Shown piece after piece: positions 1-7,692 of a DNA stretch of 22,938 nucleotides. The stretch comes from Planctomycetota bacterium (GTDB lineage: Bacteria > Planctomycetota > UBA8108 > UBA1146), in contig JAYZBV010000068.1 of NCBI GenBank assembly GCA_036338595.1, forward strand, positions 1 to 22,938, given 5' to 3'. Position 1 is the first letter of the stretch, and the number at the start of each line of letters is the position of its first letter. The position numbers were made by a program, and so were the translations under genes. A model generated the notes under the pieces. That model had not been told where the DNA came from. It made no database searches and saw nothing but the letters and a program-made list of their open reading frames with translations.

Positions 1-169
1 CGTCTGCATCGGGGACATCGGCGTACCAACCGTCCAGGTTCTCTCCGTTGAAGAGGGGGGTCGATACCGGGCCAGCGGGCTGGCGAAGTGGGAACGCATC
101 GCAAGAGACCAGCAACGGACACGAAATTAGTGCCAGCAGCACGATGGGGAGATGTGTGTGTTTTTTCAT
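1..169 (-). CDS. DUF1080 (3-keto-disaccharide hydrolase-like) domain protein, probable lipoprotein; only the 5' part is in the window
   Basis: Not in the ORF track. Manual translation from the ATG at 169 gives MKKHTHLPIVLLALISCPLLVSCDAFPLRQPAGPVSTPLFNGENLDGWYADVPDAD. This has a signal peptide with a possible lipobox (LVSC) followed by the LFNGxxLDGW motif that opens DUF1080 domains. Confidence 0.8.
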   Translation of the reverse strand, partial: MKKHTHLPIVLLALISCPLLVSCDAFPLRQPAGPVSTPLFNGENLDGWYADVPDAD

Positions 170-210
170 ATCGTCATGGTAGACGACAGCGATCGTGGAT
201 CTACGGGCGC

Positions 211-1353
211 TCAGGCAGGTATTGGCATCGCCTGCTCAAGTGCAAGGAAATCCTTCCAGGCACGCCTCCAGGCGCGACGGGCCTCACGCATCGATTGAAT
301 CAAGGCTTTTGTCACCTCTCCATCCCGACATGCGCGTCGGTAGTCACGAAGGTCTTGCGCCCACTGGCTCAGACGCTCGTCCACCTGATGGCGAGCGGAG
401 TCGATCCGGAGACGCCAATCAGCGCTCACCTCGGGAACGAAAAGCGATGCGGAGGTCTCATATTTTTCCGTCTGTCGTTCGAGGCGTTTTCGCCAGCGCA
501 CGGGAGCCTCGGTTCTCTTCAGATTCGAGGTCAGGCCCACCAGGCTGGCGACACAGATGAGCCACTTTGCCGGGTCAAATTGATACCAGCGCAGTCCGTT
601 GCGGTAGTCGGCAGGAAATGCGTGGTGAAAATTGTGGTAGCCCTCGCCAAAGGTGATCAGTGCGCAGATCCATGAATCGCGCGAGGTGTTGTTCTTGGAC
701 CATGGTTGGGTGCCCAGGATGTGGCACAGACTGTTGATACAGAAGGTCGCCTGATGGGTGAAGACGATGCGAGCCAGTCCGGCAAAGAGGAGCATTCCCC
801 ACGGTCGACCGATGAGAAGTCCGAGTCCCAGAGGAATACCGATATTCAGCACCAGAGCGATGACCCAGTAGTACTTCTGTTGCCACCTCACCAGTGGGTC
901 TGCCTGAAGGTCCGGGACATTACTGAGATCATCGACGAGATCGTTGTCATGAAAGATCCAGCGCATATGAGCCCACCAGAAGCCGCGCGTGGCATCGTAG
1001 GGGTCTCCGTGGTGATCGGTGTGCTGGTGATGGCGACGGTGGGAAGCAGACCAGACGATCGCTGAGTTCTGCAGTGCCGTGGCACCTGCAATCAGCGCCA
1101 TGAAGCGCCACACCCTGGACCCCTTGTAGGAACGGTGGGCGAAGAGGCGGTGGTAACCGATGGTGATCCCGAGTCCAGCGACCCACCACAACACCACTGC
1201 TGCGACCCACAGTGCCCAGTGACTACCCTCGTTCCACAGGTAGATGGGAACCAGGGCTGCAACGATGAAGGGGCTCAGGCTGAGGAACAACGTGTTGACC
1301 CACAGGATGGGGCCATCGCCGGTGCTTGTTGGCTGCAGTACTTTTTCAGTCAT
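211..1353 (-). CDS. Delta-9-type (OLE1/DesC-like) membrane fatty acid desaturase
   Basis: Three His boxes (HRLFAH, HRRHH, HNFHH), GEGYHNFHH and DYRNG motifs, and transmembrane segments. Start moved from 1410 to the ATG at 1353 (MTEKV), which is preceded by GGAG. Confidence 0.92.
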   Translation of the reverse strand: MTEKVLQPTSTGDGPILWVNTLFLSLSPFIVAALVPIYLWNEGSHWALWVAAVVLWWVAGLGITIGYHRLFAHRSYKGSRVWRFMALIAGATALQNSAIVWSASHRRHHQHTDHHGDPYDATRGFWWAHMRWIFHDNDLVDDLSNVPDLQADPLVRWQQKYYWVIALVLNIGIPLGLGLLIGRPWGMLLFAGLARIVFTHQATFCINSLCHILGTQPWSKNNTSRDSWICALITFGEGYHNFHHAFPADYRNGLRWYQFDPAKWLICVASLVGLTSNLKRTEAPVRWRKRLERQTEKYETSASLFVPEVSADWRLRIDSARHQVDERLSQWAQDLRDYRRACRDGEVTKALIQSMREARRAWRRAWKDFLALEQAMPIPA

Positions 1354-1470
1354 CTTGGCTCCGAGATTGGGTTCCTGGGCGTAGCCCCATTTGGCCCTGT
1401 TGCGAGGCACAATACAAGCAAAGATGGCCTCGATTTGGACAATGTACCGATTGGGGCCCGCTACCGTGCT

Positions 1471-2892
1471 TCAGGACAGGAGTGGCTCGATCACCTTGCC
1501 GTGCACATCGGTGAGGCGGTAGCGGCGACCCTGGAACTTGTAGGTCAATCGCTCGTGATCGATCCCGAGGATGTGCAGGATCGTCGCCTGCAAATCGTGC
1601 ACATCCATCGGGTTCTCGACGATGTTGTAACCGAGGTCATCGGTCGATCCATGGGTGTGACCAGCATTCACTCCGCCACCGGCCATCCACATCGAGAAGC
1701 AACGCGGGTGGTGGTCACGTCCGAATCCATTTGCAGTCAGTTTCCCCTGGCAATAACTGGTACGCCCGAACTCGCCTCCCCAGATGACGAGGGTGTCATC
1801 GAGCAGGCCACGACGCTCCAGGTCGACGACGAGAGCGGCGGATGCCTGATCCGTTTCCTTGCATTGTGTCCGCAGGGCACCGGGAAGATTGCCGTGCTGA
1901 TCCCAGCCCTGGTGGAACAACTGTGTGAAGCGTACACCGCGTTCGGCGAGACGCCTGGCCAGGATGCAATTCGCAGCGTAGGTGCCCGGTGTTCGAGAGT
2001 CTTCGCCGTACAACTCGAAGGTCTCTTCAGGTTCATCGGAAAGGTCGGCGACCTCTGGAACCGAGCTCTGCATGCGCCAGGCGAGTTCATTTCGGTTGTT
2101 CGCGGCGCGGATGAAGGGATTGTCGTCGGGATCCTGGAGGCGATGCAACTCGAGCACGGCATCGAGCATCCGGCGACGCATCGGTTGCGACAGGCCATCC
2201 GGGTCCTGCAGGAACAGCACCGGATCCTTGCCGGGGCGGAACTGGATTCCCTGGTGTTCAGACGGCAGGAAACCGGCACCCCAGAGCCGTGCATAGAGAG
2301 GCTGTCCACCCTTGTTCTGCGTCACCATTGCGATGCTTGCCGGTAGATCCGGGTTGCCTGCGCCCAGTCCATAGGAGAGCCAGGCGCCGATCGATGGTCT
2401 CCCGGCGATCTCGGATCCAGTTTGAACAAAGGTGATGGCGGGATCGTGATTGATGGCGCGGGTGTGCAGCGAACGAACGATACAGAGCTTGTCTGCGATG
2501 GCTGCGGTGTGCGGCAGCAGTTCGCTGAACTGGGCGCCACATTCACCGTGTGCTGCGAACTGAAATGGACTGCCGACCAGCGGCAACGACGATTGATTGC
2601 CCGACATCGCCGTCAATCGCTGCCCCATCCGGATCGATGCTGGCAACTCTTCACCGTGTCGTTGCCCGAGCACAGGTTTTGGATCGAACAGATCGATCTG
2701 AGATGGCCCTCCGCTTTGAAAGAGCCAGATGGCACGACGTGCGCGTGGCTGGAAGTGTGGTTTCAGATTCTCCATCGCCTGGCCAGGAGTGGGCAACCAA
2801 CCCCACATTGCACCGCCAGCGGCGGCACAGGCTGCGGTGGCGAGGAATTGCCTGCGGTTTGGTGCATCGGCGCGTCGCGGTTCTGGATTCAT
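1471..2892 (-). CDS. DUF1501 family protein (planctomycete sulfatase-like), Tat signal
   Basis: NRRQFL twin-arginine motif; GGPSQIDLFDPKP, GRPSIGAW, WDQH, GEFGRT, GRDHHP and DLQATILH motifs typical of DUF1501; lies 4 nt downstream of the DUF1553 gene. Confidence 0.92.
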   Translation of the reverse strand: MNPEPRRADAPNRRQFLATAACAAAGGAMWGWLPTPGQAMENLKPHFQPRARRAIWLFQSGGPSQIDLFDPKPVLGQRHGEELPASIRMGQRLTAMSGNQSSLPLVGSPFQFAAHGECGAQFSELLPHTAAIADKLCIVRSLHTRAINHDPAITFVQTGSEIAGRPSIGAWLSYGLGAGNPDLPASIAMVTQNKGGQPLYARLWGAGFLPSEHQGIQFRPGKDPVLFLQDPDGLSQPMRRRMLDAVLELHRLQDPDDNPFIRAANNRNELAWRMQSSVPEVADLSDEPEETFELYGEDSRTPGTYAANCILARRLAERGVRFTQLFHQGWDQHGNLPGALRTQCKETDQASAALVVDLERRGLLDDTLVIWGGEFGRTSYCQGKLTANGFGRDHHPRCFSMWMAGGGVNAGHTHGSTDDLGYNIVENPMDVHDLQATILHILGIDHERLTYKFQGRRYRLTDVHGKVIEPLLS

Positions 2893-2896
2893 GTCA

Positions 2897-5800
2897 TCAC
2901 CTCAGCCGGGTTGTTTCATCGAGACCAAAGAGGGCCGAACAGACCGCGGTCATCGCCGCCCACTCGATGGGATCGAGGGTTTCATCGCTGCCACTCTCTC
3001 CCACCTGGAGCCAGCGACTTGCGGCTTCCGGATCTGCACGAAACTGCTGCAACAGGTCATCGCGCAGCGACAGCAAGGTGGTCAGTTCCTCACTTGTGGT
3101 GGCTCTGCCGGTCAGTAACCGGAAGGCCTGAGCGATGGATGCATCGGGTTTCTCCGGCAATTCGTGAAGAACCCTACGAGCGAGCATTCGTGCCGCTTCG
3201 ACGAACTGAGGATCATTCATCAGGACCAGCGACTGCATCGGAGTACTGGTGCGATGCCTGCGTGTGACGCACACATCTCGCTTCGAGGCATCGAAGATCA
3301 TCATCGTGGGAGGGGGAGAAGTGCGCTTCCAGAAGGTATAGAGACTTCTGCGGTAGAGCCCCTCACCCTTCGATGCGGTGTAGGTGTGACCGCTCTTTTC
3401 TTGCCACAGCCCTGGCGGTTGATACGGCAACACACTCGGTCCCCCGATCTTGTTGACCAGCAAGCCGCTGGTCTGAAGCGCATGATCGCGGACCATCTCT
3501 GCGGACATCCGAACAGACGGTCCTCGTGCAAGCATCTGGTTGTCGGGATCGGTCTCGTACAGTTGAGGCGTGGTCCTGGATGATTGCATCCAGCTTCTTG
3601 AGGTGAGCATCTGCTTCAGCATCCGTTTCACATCCCAGCCGCTGTCGATGAAATCGAGCGCCAGGAAGTCGAGCAGATCGGGGTGGGATGGTCGCATCCC
3701 CTGTGTGCCCAGATTCTCGGAGGTGGCGACAATTCCGTGGCCAAAGGCGATCTGCCACAGGCGGTTCACTGCGACCCTTGCTGTCAGCGGGTTCCGTCTC
3801 GAGACGAGCCAGTCAGCGAGTGTCGATCGATCTCGCGGTGCACCCTCGGGCAACGGGGGCAGGAAGGCGGGCACATCGGGTTGCACCTCTTCTGCCGGGG
3901 CATCGTAGAGACCTCGCAGCAACAGGTGCGTTGACCGTCTGGGCGACATCTCCTGCATCACCATGATCTTTGGTTTCTTGTCCCTGAAGCCATTGAGAGC
4001 CTTGCGCGCAGTGGCCAATGCTGCCCGGGCAGTTCGAGATGGTTCGTCGACCGCCAGTATCCACCACCGATACAACTCCTCGTCATCGAAGGCCAGAGTT
4101 GCATCCGGATCCGTTCCAGCGAGATGCAGTTTGCGCACCTCGACAGCGGAGATGGAACGCCCTAACAGGTGCATCTCGTCGATCTCGCCCCCCTTGAAGC
4201 CACGATCTCGAAAGCGTTCTCCGATGGCGAAGTAGGGGCCTCCGCCGGTGATGGGGGATTCGAGGTGATCGCGCACGACCTCGACCGCGGCCGGTTCTCC
4301 ATCGATGTAGAGATCAATTCCACGGGCACGACTCGATCCGTCGTAGGAAAAGACGACATGAGTCCAGCGCCCCGGCTCGATACGATCGATGCTGGACACC
4401 GCGATCGCATCTCCGGGCCAGAAGTGAATCAGAGCCGCAGACAGTCGTCCATCTTCGATCAACAACTGGTATCCCTGGCTGGCGGCATCGGTCCAGGCGC
4501 GCGAGCGATGCAGGATCACCGCACGCTGCATCTGCCCGTCGGTACGAATCCATAACGAGATGCTGAAGGGATCGTTACGGCTGTAGGCACCGATCCCATC
4601 GAATCTCAGTGCATCGTCTCCGGTGAGTCGAATCGCCTTGCCCTGAATCCCGTCCGTCAGGGTCAAGGCTGCCGGTGCCTTGGCAGGATGCTCGGCGTCG
4701 ATGCTGTTTTCGCACAGGCCATCGACGATCTCGTCGAAGGAGTAACCGGCGACCACATCTGAGATGAAGGGAGCGGGAGTGGCTCCCTGCTGATCTTCTC
4801 GCCACAGCGCGAACGCTTGTCGCCGCGTCGCTTCGAGGGATTGCAACTGGCTCACTGCACTCTCGACATCTTCGGCCAGTGTTTCGATCTTCGAGAGCGC
4901 TCCATCATCGACCAGCGCCAGCGCCGGTGTCGGCACTGCAGATGTGAAGTGAGAGTAGAGTCCACTCTCATCGATGTTGGAGAAGAACGCGGAGAGCGCG
5001 TAAAACTCGCGTTGCTTCAGCGGATCGAACTTGTGGTCGTGACAGCGGGCACACTCGAAGGTGAGACCGAGAAATGCGGTGGAGAAGGTCTGGGTACGAT
5101 CCGCAACATACTCGATGCGGTACTCCTCCTCGACGCTGCCGCCTTCGTTGGTTTGACGGTGAAGCCGCTGGAACGCAGTGGCGAGTTTCTGATCGGCGCT
5201 GGCATCCTCGATCAGATCTCCGGCGACCTGCCAGCGGATGAACTGGTCATGAGGAAGATTGCTGTTGAACGAATCGATGACCCAGTCGCGCCACTGCCAC
5301 ATCTGTCGGTGTACATCGGACTGGTAGCCGTAGCTGTCGGCATAGCGAGCGATATCGAGCCAGTGGGTTGCCATCTGTTCACCGAAGGTGGGCGATGCCA
5401 GCAGCGAGTCGATCCAGTGAGGCCATGCTGCCTCGGAATCGTCGGTAAGCAGTGAATCCAGCGCTTCCAGTTCGGGAGCGAGGCCGGTCAGGATGAAGGA
5501 AGCGCGTCGTGCCAGCGTCGCTCGATCTGCTGCTTCGGCGGGCCCCCGCCCCTGCGCCTCTAGCCTCGCCAGCACGAATCGGTCGATCGCCTGCGCTCCC
5601 CACGCTGCATCGGTCACTTCCGGCAGTTCCACCGGCTCCGGCGAGACGAAGGACCAGTGACGATCGAAGTCTGCTCCCTGGGCGATCCATCGCTCCAGCA
5701 GTTCGATCTCGGCTGCGGAGACTTCCAGCTTCGATTCCGGGGGGGGCATCCGTTCCTCGGGGTCGTCGAGGTGCAAGCGCTCGATCATGCGGCTGGAGGC

Positions 5801-6076
5801 CGGATCTCCGGGCACGATGGCGGCTCCATCGGTTCTCGGTGCCAGCGCATCCTCGCGGCGATCGAGACGAAGTTTCGCCTTCCTGGCCGCCGCGTCGGGA
5901 CCGTGACAGCGATAGCATCGATCGGCAAGGATGGGGCGGATGGAACGATCGTAATCGATCTCGTCAGGGGGCGGTGGAGCCATGAATCCAGTCGACAGCA
6001 ACAGCAGCGTGAACATCGCCATCGACACGCCCCGGAAGGGGGGGAGGGGGCGATTCCTGGTCGACATCTGCTTCAT
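2897..6076 (-). CDS. Planctomycete cytochrome c (PSCyt1) + DUF1549 + LamG/ConA-like + DUF1553 domain protein
   Basis: CYRCH and CARCH heme-binding motifs; WLDIARYADS (DUF1549); central LamG-like region (FSISLWI, WTHVVFSYDG, FKGGEIDE); NPLTARVAVNRLWQ and PSHPDLLDFLA (DUF1553). The true start is probably 6076 (MKQM) or slightly downstream, not 6214. Confidence 0.9.
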   Translation of the reverse strand: MKQMSTRNRPLPPFRGVSMAMFTLLLLSTGFMAPPPPDEIDYDRSIRPILADRCYRCHGPDAAARKAKLRLDRREDALAPRTDGAAIVPGDPASSRMIERLHLDDPEERMPPPESKLEVSAAEIELLERWIAQGADFDRHWSFVSPEPVELPEVTDAAWGAQAIDRFVLARLEAQGRGPAEAADRATLARRASFILTGLAPELEALDSLLTDDSEAAWPHWIDSLLASPTFGEQMATHWLDIARYADSYGYQSDVHRQMWQWRDWVIDSFNSNLPHDQFIRWQVAGDLIEDASADQKLATAFQRLHRQTNEGGSVEEEYRIEYVADRTQTFSTAFLGLTFECARCHDHKFDPLKQREFYALSAFFSNIDESGLYSHFTSAVPTPALALVDDGALSKIETLAEDVESAVSQLQSLEATRRQAFALWREDQQGATPAPFISDVVAGYSFDEIVDGLCENSIDAEHPAKAPAALTLTDGIQGKAIRLTGDDALRFDGIGAYSRNDPFSISLWIRTDGQMQRAVILHRSRAWTDAASQGYQLLIEDGRLSAALIHFWPGDAIAVSSIDRIEPGRWTHVVFSYDGSSRARGIDLYIDGEPAAVEVVRDHLESPITGGGPYFAIGERFRDRGFKGGEIDEMHLLGRSISAVEVRKLHLAGTDPDATLAFDDEELYRWWILAVDEPSRTARAALATARKALNGFRDKKPKIMVMQEMSPRRSTHLLLRGLYDAPAEEVQPDVPAFLPPLPEGAPRDRSTLADWLVSRRNPLTARVAVNRLWQIAFGHGIVATSENLGTQGMRPSHPDLLDFLALDFIDSGWDVKRMLKQMLTSRSWMQSSRTTPQLYETDPDNQMLARGPSVRMSAEMVRDHALQTSGLLVNKIGGPSVLPYQPPGLWQEKSGHTYTASKGEGLYRRSLYTFWKRTSPPPTMMIFDASKRDVCVTRRHRTSTPMQSLVLMNDPQFVEAARMLARRVLHELPEKPDASIAQAFRLLTGRATTSEELTTLLSLRDDLLQQFRADPEAASRWLQVGESGSDETLDPIEWAAMTAVCSALFGLDETTRLR

Positions 6077-6606
6077 GGGCTGATCGTAACACGGGGCATC
6101 CTCGTTGGCAGTGAGACCCTCGGAGGTGAAACCTCTCTCACCCACGCCTCGAGCCGATGCGCAGGGAAGCGGATGGCGAGATGGAACGGAAGACGCGCTC
6201 GAAGGGATCTGCAATTCGAAGCGATCTGAAGGGAGTACTCCGCCAGTGGATCAGCCATTGCGGGCTCAACCGCTGCGATCCTGTGATCCTGAAGAAGAGA
6301 CGGCGATCTCTCACGATCTGCCAGCGATGGAATGGCGGCCATCCCATCGACACGCAGCGTGCAGATCGATGGCTCTCGACCTGTCGCAATATCGGATGGT
6401 GACGACACCATGAGTGACATTTTATTGTATCTAACACCCAGAAAATAAAGAGTTTATGGAAGGCCATGCCGATTGAGATGTGGGCAGTAGCAAGCGCTGG
6501 AACCGTCATCTAGACTCTAGAAGTCGACGGGTTTGATCGATTTTCTGACCGCAGCTGGTGCTGACTGGCAAGGTCTGATGGGTTTGACGAAATGCCCGCC
6601 AATCAT

Positions 6607-6720
6607 TTCGGGAAACTGAAGGGATCGTTTTCAACGCAGTTGACAACTCGAGGGTGAGCCGGAGGAAATCACTCGCTCCTCGAGATCGCAGGACCCACGG
6701 AGTGGTCCTGGTTTTTTTCT
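6607..6720 (+). promoter_or_regulatory. Structured 5' leader or small RNA upstream of the precursor gene, ending in a terminator-like hairpin plus U-tract
   Basis: Consecutive stems TTCGG-gaaa-CTGAA (6607-6620), TCAAC-gca-GTTGA (6631-6643), CTCGAGG...CCTCGAG (6647-6684) and CAGGAC-c-CAC-gga-GTG-GTCCTG (6689-6710), then T7 (6712-6718). Confidence 0.45.
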
Positions 6721-6747
6721 GACCAGATTTCCAAGAGAGTAGTCAAG

Positions 6748-6924
6748 ATGAGCAACTGGGAACCAGAAGAAGTATCCGACGCTGATATGGAAGGCATCGC
6801 TGGGGGAGCGGGCAAGACCTCCGCCGAGGACAAGAAGAAGGCGCAGAAAAAGGAAAACGACGGGACCGACACAGGCTTCCCGGGCGGTGGCAAAGAGGAG
6901 AAGAGACCTCCTTACAAAAAGTAA
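6748..6924 (+). CDS. Double-glycine-leader precursor peptide (bacteriocin/RiPP-like), 58 aa
   Basis: Manual translation: MSNWEPEEVSDADMEGIAGG|AGKTSAEDKKKAQKKENDGTDTGFPGGGKEEKRPPYKK. The leader end matches the ELSDxELExVAGG consensus. There is a purine-rich AAGAGAG upstream, and the gene lies directly before a C39-peptidase exporter operon. It is too short for the ORF track. Confidence 0.85.
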   Translation: MSNWEPEEVSDADMEGIAGGAGKTSAEDKKKAQKKENDGTDTGFPGGGKEEKRPPYKK

Positions 6925-6984
6925 TTCTAGGCTGAAGATGGAGGCACCTGCCACGGCCTTGTCGTGTGGGTGCCATCCGTTTCG

Positions 6985-7037
6985 AGAACCGGTCGCCTCC
7001 GCCGATGTGGCGGGTAGGCGGTCGGTTCTTTTTTCTT
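6985..7037 (+). terminator. Intrinsic terminator after the precursor gene
   Basis: AGAACCGGTCGCCT-CCGCC pairs with GGCGG-gt-AGGCGGTCGGTTCT (two G-U pairs, 2-nt bulge), followed by TTTTTCTT. Confidence 0.75.
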
Positions 7038-7102
7038 GATCGTTGGTGGATCCACATCCGGAGACTGGATGCGGATCAGTTCAAGACTGTAGAGGTGGGC
7101 AG

Positions 7103-7657
7103 TTGCGAAATTCTCTCATCATCCTGGGAGTCCTCGAGGATCAGGATATCGAGTGGTTCGTGCGCGTCGGGCAGACCGCTGTGATTCAGGAAGCCGACAT
7201 CCTCATCGAAGAGGGTATTCATATCGAGTCCCTCTGGTTCGTTCTCGAAGGGGCCCTGACGGTTACCACCATCACCGACACGACAAAGAAACTGGCGACC
7301 ATCTATCCTGGCGAGATTGTTGGCGAGGTTTCGTTCCTCGACTCAAGGCCTCCTGCGGTCACATTGATAGCTGCGGAACGAACCACGGTACTGCAAATCT
7401 CTCGTACCGAACTCAAGACGAAACTCCACAACGACACCGGATTTGCCAGTCGATTCTATCGAGCGCTCGGAGTCTGTCTGGCTCAACGGCTGATTCACCT
7501 GACCCACACGACGCTGACGGTCAGCACCCTGGGCAAGGTAGATTCAGACGCTGATGTGGACGACGACAGTTCGATCGTCGATCCGGATGTACTGGAGGCG
7601 ATGTCGCTGGCTAGCCGCCGCTTCGCATACCTGCTCGAAAGGGCCAGCAATCACTGA
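7103..7657 (+). CDS. Cyclic-nucleotide-binding domain protein associated with bacteriocin-type transport (TIGR03896-like, single domain)
   Basis: ILIEEG, LWFVLEG, PGEIVGEVSFLDSRPPAVT and GFASRFYRAL motifs; no CRP HTH domain. Probable TTG start at 7103 (MRNSLIILGVLEDQDIEW) after GAGGTG. Confidence 0.85.
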   Translation: MRNSLIILGVLEDQDIEWFVRVGQTAVIQEADILIEEGIHIESLWFVLEGALTVTTITDTTKKLATIYPGEIVGEVSFLDSRPPAVTLIAAERTTVLQISRTELKTKLHNDTGFASRFYRALGVCLAQRLIHLTHTTLTVSTLGKVDSDADVDDDSSIVDPDVLEAMSLASRRFAYLLERASNH

Positions 7658-7692
7658 TCGGTTTCTCAGTTCCATCCGTCGAGGAGGTTCCC

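Noticed and set aside
6200..6460. Cluster of GATC sites next to an AT-rich patch as a possible replication origin
   Set aside because: GATC is frequent throughout this window, and I see no DnaA boxes or replication genes.
6073..6509. Short ORFs in the divergent intergenic region (6073..6420, 6105..6413, 6138..6509, 6157..6402)
   Set aside because: No family motif, convincing RBS or double-glycine leader; composition looks non-coding.
6596..6660. Possible c-di-GMP-I or c-di-GMP-II riboswitch (GAAA-loop stem followed by GGGA)
   Set aside because: Lacks the GCAAA / GACGCAAAGC and GGGCAC / GUGCAACC consensus elements; kept only as an unassigned structured leader.
6640..6670. TTGACA as a sigma70 -35 box
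   Set aside because: No plausible -10 hexamer 16-18 nt downstream.
6808..6921. Assignment of the core to lanthipeptide, graspetide, lasso or spliceotide classes
   Set aside because: No Cys, no TxKYPSD or YG motif, and none of the required enzymes in the window.
6631..7057. Minus-strand ORFs 6631..6954, 6669..6893 and 6743..7057
   Set aside because: They are antisense to the better-supported precursor ORF and its hairpins; the hydrophobic stretch merely mirrors the A-rich Lys codons.
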